From positions 3,213,747 to 3,277,746 of the forward strand of contig OZ242014.1 of assembly GCA_965204815.1 (NCBI GenBank): 64,000 nucleotides of DNA. Direction: 5' to 3'. A program made the translations under genes and the position numbers. This DNA is from Dehalococcoidia bacterium (GTDB lineage: Bacteria > Chloroflexota > Dehalococcoidia > Lucifugimonadales > CATOSD01). The notes under the pieces were generated by a model. The model was not told where the DNA came from. It was given only the letters and a program-made list of their open reading frames with translations, and ran no database searches. Position 1 is the stretch's first letter; the number at the start of each line of letters is the position of its first letter. Shown piece by piece: positions 28,859 to 38,750 of the stretch.

Positions 28859-31351
28859 ATGCTGGACACCGCCACCAAACAGCGCATCGACACCGCCCGC
28901 GACATCCTCGTCGGCAAGGTTCCCGATCCCAGGAGCCAGATCGAACAGATTACCATCGCCCTCATCTACAAGTTCATGGACGACATAGACTCCGAGAGCG
29001 AGGAGTTGGGCGGCAAGCGCGAGTTTTTTGCGGGACAGTTCGCCAAGTACCGCTGGGCAAAGCTGGTGGGGCCGGGCGTCGGTGGGAACGAGGCGCTTAA
29101 CCTGTACGCCGAATCCATAGCCCGCATGCCCGAAAACCCGGGCATTCCGGCCCTGTTCCGTGACATCTTCAACAACGCCTATCTACCCTATCGAGACCCT
29201 GAGACGCTGCGAGCCTTCCTCAAGGTCATCGACGAGTTCACCTACGACAATTCTGAGCGGTTAGGCGACGCCTACGAGTACCTGCTCTCGGTGCTTGGCG
29301 TGCAGGCCGACGCCGGACAGTTCCGCACTCCCCGCCACATCATCGACTTCATCGTTTCCATCGTGGATCCGAAGAAGGACGATTCGATTCTGGATCCCGC
29401 CTGCGGCACTTCGGGGTTTCTCATATCCGCCTACAAGCACATCCTGGCGGCCAACACCGACAGCGACGGCCAGAGCGGGTTGACGCCGGAAGAGCGGGCC
29501 CGGCTGGTCAACAACTTCAAGGGCTACGACATCTCCCCGGACTATGTGCGCCTTTCGCTAGTGAACATGTACCTGCATGAGTTCCTTGAGCCGCACATAT
29601 ACGAATACGACACGCTCACCAGCGAAGACAGGTGGAACGAGTACGCCGACGTGATTCTGGCCAACCCGCCCTTCATGAATCCGAAGGGCGGCATAAGACC
29701 CCACAACCGCTTCTCGGTCACGTCCAGGCGTAGTGAAGTGCTGTTCGTGGACTACATAGCTGAGCATCTGACCGCCAACGGACGGGCTGGCGTGATCGTG
29801 CCGGAGGGCATCATCTTCCAAAGCCAGAACGCTCACAAACAACTTCGCAAGATGCTGGTGGAAGATTACCTCGTGGCAGTGGTGTCGTTACCTGCTGGGG
29901 TCTTCAACCCCTACTCCGGCGTCAAGACGTCCATCCTGATACTCGACCGCGCTCTCGCCAAGCGGACCGACTCCATTGCGTTCTTCAAGGTGGAGAACGA
30001 TGGCTTCGACCTCGGTTCCCAGCGCCGGCCAATCGACGACAACGACTTGCCAAGAGTGCAAGCCGAGCTTAGTGAGTACCTATCCCGCCTGCGAGCGGAC
30101 GAACCTCAGACCGCCACCCCTGCCCCTGCATCCAGCGTAGCCGAGGCGAAGTCAAACTACTCGACGAACGAGTTGATATTGGGGGTGGTGGTCGACAAGT
30201 CAAAGATATCTAAGGAGGGCGAGTACATTCTGAGTCGGGAGCGTTACGGCGAAACTTCCAGAAGGACATCTCTCTACCAAATGTTGCCGTTTGCTGAAGT
30301 GTGTTCTCTAGAATATGGCGCAAGCTTGCCGAAGAAGAATCGCGTACATGGTCCTTATCCTGTCATGGGCTCCAATGGCGTGAGTGGCTACCACAACAAC
30401 TTCATAGTCGAGGGGCCCGCCATCATCGTAGGGCGAAAGGGATCTGCTGGGGAAGTGACCTTTGTAAACGATAACTGCTTCCCCATAGACACGACCTACT
30501 ATGTAAAGCAGTCAGATCCCGAAAAAACAGATATACGGTTTCTCTATCATCTGTTGAAGGACCTTGGCTTGGCCGACATTCGAAATGGTGCAGCAGTCCC
30601 GGGCCTAAACAGAAATGATGTTTATGCAAGATATCAATTGCCAATCCCACCCATCGAAGTTCAGCGAGAAATCGTGGCAGAGATTGAAGGCTGCCAGAGA
30701 GTCATTGACGGTGCGCGCGCCGTGGTGGAGAATTACCGCCCCCATCTCTCTGTTGATCCAGAATGGCCGACAGTGAAGATAGGTGAAGTCTGTGACCTAA
30801 TCAACGGCCGTGCGTTCAAACCACAAGATTGGGAACCTGCTGATAGTGGGGGTCTTCCAATTGTCAGAATACAAAATCTCAACTCTCCCGGTAGCGATAT
30901 GAACTACTACACTGGGAAAGTTGACGAGCGCCACCTTATCAAAGACGGGCATCTCTTGTTTTCTTGGTCTGGCTCCCGAGGCACGTCTTTTGGAGCGCAC
31001 ATTTGGGGTGGTGGAGAAGCGGTACTAAATCAGCACATCTTTAAGGTCAATTTTGACCAGAACAAGACAGCCAAAATGTACCTATATCTCGCATTGAATC
31101 AGGTGGTTAGTGAGGTTGAGCAAAATCTTCACGGAGGAGTTGGGCTAGTCCACATTACGAAGGGTAATCTGGAGAAGATTCAAATTCCCTTGCCTGACCT
31201 GAGCCAACAACAGGCTATAGTTGCCGAAATGGAGGCCGAACAGGCTGCCGTGGACGCCAACCGCGAGCTTATCGAGCGATTCGAAAAGAAGATTGATGCC
31301 GCCATAGCAAGGGTGTGGGAAAGTAAACCAACCGCAGAGGCGAGTGGGTAG
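28859..31351 (+). CDS. Type I RM N6-adenine methyltransferase fused to a specificity subunit (HsdM-HsdS)
   Basis: GQFRTPRHII, DPACGTSGFL, NPPF, followed by two AT-richer TRDs ending PIPPIEVQREIV and IPLPDLSQQQAIV. Confidence 0.92.
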   Translation: MLDTATKQRIDTARDILVGKVPDPRSQIEQITIALIYKFMDDIDSESEELGGKREFFAGQFAKYRWAKLVGPGVGGNEALNLYAESIARMPENPGIPALFRDIFNNAYLPYRDPETLRAFLKVIDEFTYDNSERLGDAYEYLLSVLGVQADAGQFRTPRHIIDFIVSIVDPKKDDSILDPACGTSGFLISAYKHILAANTDSDGQSGLTPEERARLVNNFKGYDISPDYVRLSLVNMYLHEFLEPHIYEYDTLTSEDRWNEYADVILANPPFMNPKGGIRPHNRFSVTSRRSEVLFVDYIAEHLTANGRAGVIVPEGIIFQSQNAHKQLRKMLVEDYLVAVVSLPAGVFNPYSGVKTSILILDRALAKRTDSIAFFKVENDGFDLGSQRRPIDDNDLPRVQAELSEYLSRLRADEPQTATPAPASSVAEAKSNYSTNELILGVVVDKSKISKEGEYILSRERYGETSRRTSLYQMLPFAEVCSLEYGASLPKKNRVHGPYPVMGSNGVSGYHNNFIVEGPAIIVGRKGSAGEVTFVNDNCFPIDTTYYVKQSDPEKTDIRFLYHLLKDLGLADIRNGAAVPGLNRNDVYARYQLPIPPIEVQREIVAEIEGCQRVIDGARAVVENYRPHLSVDPEWPTVKIGEVCDLINGRAFKPQDWEPADSGGLPIVRIQNLNSPGSDMNYYTGKVDERHLIKDGHLLFSWSGSRGTSFGAHIWGGGEAVLNQHIFKVNFDQNKTAKMYLYLALNQVVSEVEQNLHGGVGLVHITKGNLEKIQIPLPDLSQQQAIVAEMEAEQAAVDANRELIERFEKKIDAAIARVWESKPTAEASG

Positions 31352-31388
31352 GCCTTTGCCGCGTCTCAGATTGGTCTCCTTTCTTCGC

Positions 31389-31488
31389 TCGACAAAACGC
31401 CCCGTGTGATGTAGCATCCTCTCTCACTCCCCCTGTCGCTTCTGGTGGCAGGGTAGCAAGGCCACCTTCGAGGTGGCCTTTGCATTTT
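31389..31488 (+). ncRNA. candidate small RNA with its own promoter and terminator
   Basis: TCGACA-17 nt-TAGCAT, then a CU-rich leader, hairpin CCCTGTCGC/GTGGCAGGG, and a terminator hairpin. Confidence 0.45.
31458..31488 (+). terminator. intrinsic terminator
   Basis: Perfect stem AAGGCCACCT/AGGTGGCCTT followed by TGCATTTT. Confidence 0.65.
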
Positions 31489-31593
31489 GCGAGACTATGA
31501 CTGCCAACATCCATTCGTACTCCGCAGAGGCGTCCCCTTGTGGTTGTCCTGTGGCGAGGCGTCGCCGCGGCCGATTCCGACCCCTACACGCCC

Positions 31594-31623
31594 TTGACCT
31601 CCTCCGCACATCCGTGCTAGCAT
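31594..31623 (+). promoter_or_regulatory. sigma70-type promoter with palindromic spacer (element copy B)
   Basis: TTGACC-18 nt-TAGCAT containing GCACATCCGTGC (31606-31617), identical to copy A. Confidence 0.6.
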
Positions 31624-31856
31624 ACCTTTGACAAGGGACTGACCCACCGACCTGGCGCCCACGGATGCGGCGTTCGGCGCCCCCTGCCGGCCTGTCCCAT
31701 TTTCACCCGATGCCGTAACCTCCATACCTAAATGCGCCTCATTTGGGGCTATCAATCGTCCTAACCGCCAACACTCCCAGCTATGAGACGCAACGGAATG
31801 CAACGATTTGCATCAGTCTTCGGCAAATTTGGCGCCCGCAGGCGCTCTTTGGCCTC

Positions 31857-31938
31857 TCCGGAGCCGCGCCGTCTGCTGGACACGGTTGCCGTGCCCAACG
31901 GCTGGACGGTGGACGTGGACCCGGCGACGCTGGCGTAG
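31857..31938 (+). repeat. priA 3' end, direct repeat copy 3 (displaced)
   Basis: Encodes the identical PEPRRLLDTVAVPNGWTVDVDPATLA*; differs by four synonymous codon changes and TGA>TAG. Confidence 0.95.
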
Positions 31939-32035
31939 GAGAAGCGGCGGCGTATTCCCCCGCTTTGCGCACAACGCTATACTATCCCCAAACACAGCAG
32001 ACACGCCCGGTGAAGCGCGGGCGAAAGGGGGAGGC

Positions 32036-32941
32036 ATGGCAGACTACACGGCCTATTTCAACGGGGATTGGGTGCCGTTCGACGACGTGAAGGTGTCGCC
32101 GCACGACCGCGGATTCATGCTGGCGGACGTGGTGTTCGACGTGGCCCGCACCTTCAACGGCAAGAGCTTTCGCATGAAGCAGCACGTCGACCGGCTGTAC
32201 CGCTCGCTCAAGTTCGTTCGCATCGACCCGGGGCTCTCGCACGAGGAGATGATGTCCATCAGCGAGGAGTCCATCGAGCGCAACATGGACAGGCTGCCGG
32301 AGGCGGGCGACTTCACCGTTCGCCAGTGGGTCACGCGCGGGCCGGGCCGCTGGGCGCACACCTCGGGGCCGCCCTCCGTGTGCGTGGAGGTGCAGCCCAT
32401 CTCGTTCGACCGGTTCTCCGGCCTGTACGCGGACGGCGCGCACGGCGTCATAGCCCGGACCCGCAGCTTTCCCGCCGAGACCCTCGATCCCAAGGTCAAG
32501 CACCACAGCCGCATGAACTTCAATCTCGCCGAGCTGGAGGCCGCCGACGTCGACGAGTCCGCCTGGCCGATCCTGCTGGACGTGGACGGCAACCTGACCG
32601 AGGGCATCGGCTACAACGTGTTCCTGGTCACCGACGGCGTGCTGCGGCTGCCCGGCGACAGCACCCTGCTGCAAGGCGTGTCGCGCGGCATGGTTGTGGA
32701 CCTGGCGCGGCAGCTCGACATCCCCGTCGCCGAGGAGGAGATGCAGCCCTACGACCTGTACACCGCCGACGAGGTGTTCTTCTCCGGCACCAGCCCCTGC
32801 GTGCTGCCCGTCACGCGGGTGGACCGGCGGGAGGTCGGCGACGGCAAGCCGGGTCCGGTCACCGAGCAACTGCTCGCGGCGTGGAGCGAGACCGTGGGGC
32901 TGGACATAGTGGACCAGGCGCTGCGCTTCAGCAGAGGATGA
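32036..32941 (+). CDS. PLP-dependent aminotransferase class IV (IlvE/DAAT-like)
   Basis: HDRGF, HVDRLYRS, PKVKHHSR, TEGIGYNVF, LLQGVSR, ADEVF. Confidence 0.92.
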   Translation: MADYTAYFNGDWVPFDDVKVSPHDRGFMLADVVFDVARTFNGKSFRMKQHVDRLYRSLKFVRIDPGLSHEEMMSISEESIERNMDRLPEAGDFTVRQWVTRGPGRWAHTSGPPSVCVEVQPISFDRFSGLYADGAHGVIARTRSFPAETLDPKVKHHSRMNFNLAELEAADVDESAWPILLDVDGNLTEGIGYNVFLVTDGVLRLPGDSTLLQGVSRGMVVDLARQLDIPVAEEEMQPYDLYTADEVFFSGTSPCVLPVTRVDRREVGDGKPGPVTEQLLAAWSETVGLDIVDQALRFSRG

Positions 32942-32993
32942 CCCGGACCCTTAGCTCGACTGTCAGCGGGAGCGTGAGCACGAGACGCCGCTG

Positions 32994-35900
32994 ATGGACG
33001 CCGACCGGCAGGATAGCGCCGCGCGAGAACGCGCGACGTGGCTCACCGTCGGGGCGCTGGCCGCGATTCTGGCGGTCGCGCTCGGCTTGCGGCTCTACGG
33101 CCTGGGCTGGGACGAAGGCTTCGACTGGACGCCTCACCCCGACGAGCGCGCGATCCTTGCCAAGACCGTCCAGCTCTCGTTCCCCCTGGACGACCTCGGC
33201 TCGCTGCTCGACGCTGAGCGCAGCACCTGGAACCCGCGCTGGTTCCCGTACGGCAGCATGCCGATGTACGCGCTGTCTGTCCTACGCTCGGCCGCGTCGA
33301 CGCTCGCCGGCGCCGAGCTACAAGACCTGCGGCCGATGGCGCGGGCCATATCCGCGCTCGCGGACGTGGGCACGGTGGCGATGGTGTTCGTGCTGGGCGC
33401 GCGAGTGTATGGCCGGGCCGTCGGCCTGCTGGCGGCTGCGCTGACGGCGCTGGCGGTGCTGCACGTCCAGCTAAGCCACTTCTTCGCCGTCGACACGCTG
33501 GCCGCGCTGTTCAGCGTGGCGGCGCTGTTCTTCCTGTACCGCGTCGCCAGGCACGGAAGACTCAGTGACTCGATTCTGGCGGGCGTGCTGATAGGGCTGG
33601 GGCTGGCCACCAAGGTGAGCCTCTTCCCGATAGTGGCCGCCTTTGGCGTCGCCCACCTGCTGCACGTCATGGGCGCGCTGGAGGGCGCATCCGGCCAGCG
33701 GAGGGCGTTCACGCTACGCCTGCCGAGCGCGCTGTGGGGCGCGGTCGCTGGCGCCGTCGCCATCGCCGCCATCTTCGCGCTCACGCAGCCATACGCCCTG
33801 CTGGACTGGCACCGCTTCCTGGCCGACGTCACCGAGCAGTCGGAGATGGTGCGGCGCATCCGGGACTACCCGTACACGCGGCAGTACGTGGACACCACGC
33901 CGTACCTGTACCACGCGCGGCAGCTTGCGGCCTGGGGTCTTGGCTGGCCGCTGGGCGTCGTGGCGCTGGCGGGGCTGGCGTACGCGGCGCTGCGTGGCAT
34001 GAGACCGGCGCACGGCCTCGTCTACCTCGCCGCCGGGTGGGCCGCGCCCGCGGCGATGCTGCTGCTCTGGGACGGGGTGCTGGCCATCGCCGCCGCCTCC
34101 GCAGTCGCGCTGGCGGCGCTGCTCGCCACGCTGGCGGTGCGCTCGGCCTCGTCCAGGGTGGACGTGCTGCTGCTGAGCTGGGTGGTGCCCTATCTGCTCA
34201 TCACGGGGGCTTTCGAGGTCAAGTTCCTGCGCTATCTGCTCCCCGTGACGCCGTTCCTGCTGCTGTTCGGCGGCAGGATGCTGTACGACCTGTGGCGTCG
34301 GGCCGGCGAGTGGCGGGGCGGCGAGGCTCGGCCGTTGGTGTCGGCGGCCATAGCAATCGTCGTGGGCGCCACCGCGCTTTACGCGCTGGCCTACGTTGCG
34401 GGTGTGTACGGACAGCCGCTCACGTCGGTGCGCGCGGGCGAGTGGGTGCGGGAGAACGTGCCGCGCGGCGCCGTGATTCTCAAGGAGCACTGGGAAGAGG
34501 GGTTGCCCAGGCTAAGAGGGTACGACACTCGGGAGCTGGAGATGTACAACCCCGACGGCGCGCGCAAGCAGCGCCACGTCGCGGATCGACTCGCCCAGGC
34601 CGACTACCTGGTGTTGTACAGCAATCGGCTCTACGGCACGATTTCGAGGCTGCCGGAGCGCTATCCGATCAGCAGCGAGTATTACCGCCTGTTGTTTTCC
34701 GGGCAGCTTGGGTACGAGATCCGGCTGGTCGAGACGTCCTATCCCAGCCTGCTCGGCGTGGGCCTGGTGGACGACACGTTCGGCCGGGCCGTTCTGTCCG
34801 AGCCAGCGGCATCGCGCGAACAGGCCGACTTCCCGCTCACGCTGAATCTTGGCTACGCGGACGAGAGCTTCACGGTGTACGACCACCCCAAGGTGTTCGT
34901 GCTGGAAAACGTCGGACGCTTCGACTCGGCCCGGATAAGCGCGCTGTTCGACGGGTTGCCCGCGCCTGTGCCGCCTCCGGTGAGGGGCGTCCAGGACGCC
35001 GGGGGGCCAGACGGTGTGCGGGGACTCGTGCTGTCGCCGGAGGACGCCGCGACGCAGCAGGCGGGCGGCACCTGGCGGGAGATCATCGACACCGGCAGTT
35101 GGGCGAACCGCGTGCCGTTGCTGGCGTGGCTCGTCGTGATCGAGGGCCTGTCGCTGCTCGCGCTGCCCGCCGCGCTGCTGCTGTTCCGTCCCCTGCCCGA
35201 CCGAGGCTACCTGCTGGTGAAGGCGCTGGCGCTGCTGGCGGCGTGCCTGGTGGTGTGGCTGCTGGCGAGCCTGCGCTGGATGCCGTTCTCGCAGGGGGCT
35301 ATCGGCGTCGCGGCGCTGACGCTGGCGGTCGTGTCGTTCGCGGCGTTAGCGCTGCGCGGCGGCGAGATTCGCGCGTTCGTCCGCGAGCGCTGGCGGCTGA
35401 TAGCGATATGCGAGGCGGTGTTCCTCGCCGCGTTCCTGGCGTTCGTGCTGTTGCGAATGGCGAACCCGGACCTGTGGCATCCGTTCAGGGGCGGCGAGAA
35501 GCCGATGGACTTCGCGTACCTGAACGCGGTGGTACGCTCGACGATCATGCCGCCCTACGATCCCTGGTTCGGCGGCGGCTACCTGAACTACTACTACTGG
35601 GGGCAGCTCATGGTCGCCACGCTGATAAGGGCGACCGGAATCCAGCCGGCGGTAGCCTACAACCTGGCGGTGCCCACCTTCTTCGCGCTCGCGGTGGGCG
35701 GCGCATTCTCGGTGGTCTACAACCTCGCCGCGAGCGCGCTGCGTCCGGCGGGCGTGGCGTCGCGGGCCGTGTTTCGCAGGCCGCCAAACGTCGAATGGTC
35801 CGCCGTGGCCGCGGGGCTGGTCGGCGCGCTGTTCGTGTGCGTGCTTGGCAACCTGGACGGCGCGCGACAGGTCATTGTCGGCGCCTGGCGCTGGCTCGAG

Positions 35901-37499
35901 TCCGACGCGCCCTTCGCCTTCGACTACTGGCGGAGCACCCGCATGATGCCGCCGGACCCGCCCGGCCACGAGATTACGGAGTTTCCGTTCTTCTCGTTCC
36001 TGTTCGCAGACCTTCACGCCCACATGATGGCGATTCCCTTCGCGCTGCTCGCGATTGGGCTGTGCCTGTCGGTCGTGCTGGCGGCGCGGCGCTCCGGCTC
36101 GCCTAGCGGGCGCTGGGACGCGGGCGCGCTCGCGCGGCTGGTCGTCCTGGGCGTCGCGGTCGGCGCGTTGCGTCTGATCAACGCCTGGGACTACCCTACG
36201 CAGCTACTGCTGGCCGGGGCGGCGATTCTGCTCGCCGAATATCTCGCGCAGGGTGGACTCAGTTTGGCCGTGCTGGTGAGAGCGGCGTTCAAGTCGCTGC
36301 TGGTCTTCGTGGTGGGCTACGTCGCCTTTCTGCCGTTCCATCTCAACTACGAGACGTTCGTCGGCGGCATCGAGGCCACCACCAACACGACCACCATCTG
36401 GCAGTTTCTCGCGATAAGCGGCCTGTTCGTGTTCGTCATAGGTTCGTTCGCGTTGATGGAGGCCAGGTCGCTGGTCTCCGGCCTGCGTCCGCCGGCGTCC
36501 GTCGCGAGTCTGTTCCGGCTGCGCGACGGCGTCGGACGACGCCAGATCGTCGTGCCCGCGCTGGCGGCGATGGCGGCGGCATTGCTTGCGATCGTGGCGC
36601 TCTCCGACGAGGTTGGCGGCACGGTGCCGCTGGTTGCCGCGCTGCTGGCGCTCACGGCTGGGGCCTGCGCCGCGCGCCTGGTGGCGATGCGCGGCGACGC
36701 GGCGCAGGTGGCGTTCGCGGGGCTGCTTGCGTGCACGGCGTTCGCTTTGGTGTTCGGACTCGAGCTCGTGCGCGTACAGGACGACATCGAGCGCATGAAC
36801 AGCGTGTTCAAGTTCTACCTGCAGGCGTGGACGCTCATGGCGCTGGCTTCGGCCTTTCTGCTGTGGCGCATGGTGACCCGCTGGCGCGCGTCCAAGTCGC
36901 GGCCCTCGGCGCCGGCGGTCGCCTGGGCTGCCGTCCTCGCCGCGCTGGTGCTGTGCGCTGCGGTGTACCCGGTGCTGGGCACGCGCGCGCGCCTCGCCGA
37001 CCGGTTCGACACCAACGACGCTCCGCTGACGCTGGACGGCGCCGAGTATGCGCGGGGGACAGTCTACCGCGGTCAGGAGGGTCCCATAGACCTGGAGGCC
37101 GACTTCGAGGGCATCCGTTGGCTGTTGGAACACGTGGACGGGTCGCCGATCACGCTGGAGGGCCAGACGCCACTCTACAGGTGGGGCGGCCGCGTGAGCG
37201 TGTACACGGGCCTGCCGGGCGTGGTGGGCTGGGAGTGGCACCAGATACAGCAGCGCGGAGTACATGGCCGGAAGGTGATCCGCCGCGTCGACGACGTGGA
37301 CACCATCTACTCGACACGAAGCCCGCAGGAGGCGGCGCGGCTGCTGCATAAGTACGACGTCAGCTACGTGTACGTGGGCCAACTGGAGCGGCTGTACTAC
37401 CCGGAGGCGGGCATACGCAAGTTCGACGACGGCATGGCGGGTGTGCTGGAGCAGGTGTACAGCGGTGAGCAGGCGACCATCTACCGGGTGGTGCGCTAG
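32994..37499 (+). CDS. large membrane protein: PMT/GT39-like domain fused to DUF2298 (YYY) domain
   Basis: HPDE, HVQLSHF, ADESFTVYDHP; GGEKPMDFAYLNA, PPYDPWFGGGYLNYYYWG, EFPFFSFLFADLHAH, NSVFKFY. Confidence 0.88.
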   Translation: MDADRQDSAARERATWLTVGALAAILAVALGLRLYGLGWDEGFDWTPHPDERAILAKTVQLSFPLDDLGSLLDAERSTWNPRWFPYGSMPMYALSVLRSAASTLAGAELQDLRPMARAISALADVGTVAMVFVLGARVYGRAVGLLAAALTALAVLHVQLSHFFAVDTLAALFSVAALFFLYRVARHGRLSDSILAGVLIGLGLATKVSLFPIVAAFGVAHLLHVMGALEGASGQRRAFTLRLPSALWGAVAGAVAIAAIFALTQPYALLDWHRFLADVTEQSEMVRRIRDYPYTRQYVDTTPYLYHARQLAAWGLGWPLGVVALAGLAYAALRGMRPAHGLVYLAAGWAAPAAMLLLWDGVLAIAAASAVALAALLATLAVRSASSRVDVLLLSWVVPYLLITGAFEVKFLRYLLPVTPFLLLFGGRMLYDLWRRAGEWRGGEARPLVSAAIAIVVGATALYALAYVAGVYGQPLTSVRAGEWVRENVPRGAVILKEHWEEGLPRLRGYDTRELEMYNPDGARKQRHVADRLAQADYLVLYSNRLYGTISRLPERYPISSEYYRLLFSGQLGYEIRLVETSYPSLLGVGLVDDTFGRAVLSEPAASREQADFPLTLNLGYADESFTVYDHPKVFVLENVGRFDSARISALFDGLPAPVPPPVRGVQDAGGPDGVRGLVLSPEDAATQQAGGTWREIIDTGSWANRVPLLAWLVVIEGLSLLALPAALLLFRPLPDRGYLLVKALALLAACLVVWLLASLRWMPFSQGAIGVAALTLAVVSFAALALRGGEIRAFVRERWRLIAICEAVFLAAFLAFVLLRMANPDLWHPFRGGEKPMDFAYLNAVVRSTIMPPYDPWFGGGYLNYYYWGQLMVATLIRATGIQPAVAYNLAVPTFFALAVGGAFSVVYNLAASALRPAGVASRAVFRRPPNVEWSAVAAGLVGALFVCVLGNLDGARQVIVGAWRWLESDAPFAFDYWRSTRMMPPDPPGHEITEFPFFSFLFADLHAHMMAIPFALLAIGLCLSVVLAARRSGSPSGRWDAGALARLVVLGVAVGALRLINAWDYPTQLLLAGAAILLAEYLAQGGLSLAVLVRAAFKSLLVFVVGYVAFLPFHLNYETFVGGIEATTNTTTIWQFLAISGLFVFVIGSFALMEARSLVSGLRPPASVASLFRLRDGVGRRQIVVPALAAMAAALLAIVALSDEVGGTVPLVAALLALTAGACAARLVAMRGDAAQVAFAGLLACTAFALVFGLELVRVQDDIERMNSVFKFYLQAWTLMALASAFLLWRMVTRWRASKSRPSAPAVAWAAVLAALVLCAAVYPVLGTRARLADRFDTNDAPLTLDGAEYARGTVYRGQEGPIDLEADFEGIRWLLEHVDGSPITLEGQTPLYRWGGRVSVYTGLPGVVGWEWHQIQQRGVHGRKVIRRVDDVDTIYSTRSPQEAARLLHKYDVSYVYVGQLERLYYPEAGIRKFDDGMAGVLEQVYSGEQATIYRVVR

Positions 37500-37586
37500 G
37501 CCCGGGGAAGCGGTGGGGTCTGCTCCAGCGCGACGCGCTCAAGCGGAACATGTGGACGCGCCGCCAAGCGGCAGCGATGTGAGCGA

Positions 37587-37661
37587 TGGTCGGGGTGGCC
37601 GGGATTGAACCGGCGGCCTCCTGCTCCCAAAGCAGGCGCGCTCCCTCTGCGCCACACCCCG
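37587..37661 (-). tRNA. tRNA-Pro(TGG)
   Basis: Acceptor stem CGGGGTG/CACCCCG, anticodon arm CCTGC-TTTGGGA-GCAGG, T-arm GCCGG-TTCAATC-CCGGC, encoded CCA; TATAAT upstream. Confidence 0.96.
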
Positions 37662-37732
37662 CAGCTTCGCCGTGAAGAAATTATAGATTGGGTGCGTCCG
37701 GTGGGCAAGCTGAGCCGGAGACTCTCGCCGAG

Positions 37733-38662
37733 CTAGCCGTCGGCTTGGCGCACGGCCTCGGCCTTTTCGGCGTCGCGGGCGGCGCAGCGCTCCCATAGTT
37801 CCAGGGTAAGCCGGGCCCGCTCGTCCACGGGCACGTCGATCATCATCCCGCTGCCGGGGTAAGGTATCGCCGCCGTACCCCTGGCGATGGCGTCGGCGAA
37901 CAGACGACGGGTCTCCCGGTAGAACTCCAGCCGCTCCTCGGTGGGCGTCTGGGCGCGGTTTACCGGCTCGACCCACGACGGATGGGGACAGATGGTGGCG
38001 GCGAAACCCAGGTTCTTGCCTCTTAGAGCGAACCGGTGAATCTCGTCGGCGTCGTCGAATCGTGGCAGCAGGCCGTAGGGGTGGCTGACGCCCACCGGCT
38101 GGACTTTGGCGGCGCGCGTCTCGATCACGACGCGGCCCTTGGCGTACTCGAACGGGTCGAACTCCTCGCAGGGCGTAATGCCCAGAGCGCGGCCCAGAGC
38201 CGGCTCGTCGAGGCCCACGGCTGACACCCGCGCGCTCGCCGTGATAATCTCGCGGATGTTCCACACGCCACGGGCCGTCTCCAGCAGCGCCACGATCTGA
38301 AGGTGGCCTTCGGGTATGCCCTTGCGGGCCTCCATTTCGCCAAGAATCGCGTCGGCGCGCGCCACGTCCTCGGCGCAGCCGGGTCCTCCGAGCACTATGC
38401 CTCTAAGTCCCGGTGCGGCGGCGGCTTCGATGTCGGCGTACAGCAGGTCCTTGTTGACGCGCACGAACACCTCGGCGGCGCCCCTGCCCGCGATGGGTAC
38501 GGCTTCGGAGAGCGTCGAGCGCGCCTCGGCCTTGCGGGCGTCGGGCACGGGACCGACCAGATCGAGGATGACGGCGTCGGCGTTGTGAGTCCAGGACGCC
38601 GCGAGTTCGTCCTCGTTGAGCGGCGATACGACCAGGTAGGAGCGTCTTACGAACGGGTCCAT
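37733..38662 (-). CDS. HpcH/HpaI-CitE-like lyase paralog 1
   Basis: RRSYL, ADAVILDL, VRVN, LLETARG, HPSW, TPT, GMMIDVP. Confidence 0.85.
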   Translation of the reverse strand: MDPFVRRSYLVVSPLNEDELAASWTHNADAVILDLVGPVPDARKAEARSTLSEAVPIAGRGAAEVFVRVNKDLLYADIEAAAAPGLRGIVLGGPGCAEDVARADAILGEMEARKGIPEGHLQIVALLETARGVWNIREIITASARVSAVGLDEPALGRALGITPCEEFDPFEYAKGRVVIETRAAKVQPVGVSHPYGLLPRFDDADEIHRFALRGKNLGFAATICPHPSWVEPVNRAQTPTEERLEFYRETRRLFADAIARGTAAIPYPGSGMMIDVPVDERARLTLELWERCAARDAEKAEAVRQADG

Positions 38663-38690
38663 TTGTGCTTCCTCGTTTGCGGCGGGGTCT

Positions 38691-38731
38691 TCACCCTCAC
38701 CCTGACCCTCTCCCGTCGAGGGAGAGGGGAC
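38691..38731 (+). repeat. REP-like palindromic repeat
   Basis: TCACCCTCACCCTGACCCTCTCCCGTCGAGGGAGAGGGGAC. Confidence 0.78.
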
Positions 38732-38750
38732 TCATATGGCAGAACTCCAG

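Noticed and set aside
37499-37733. tRNA-Pro as an island integration site
   Set aside because: No duplicated tRNA 3' end or integrase seen in the window
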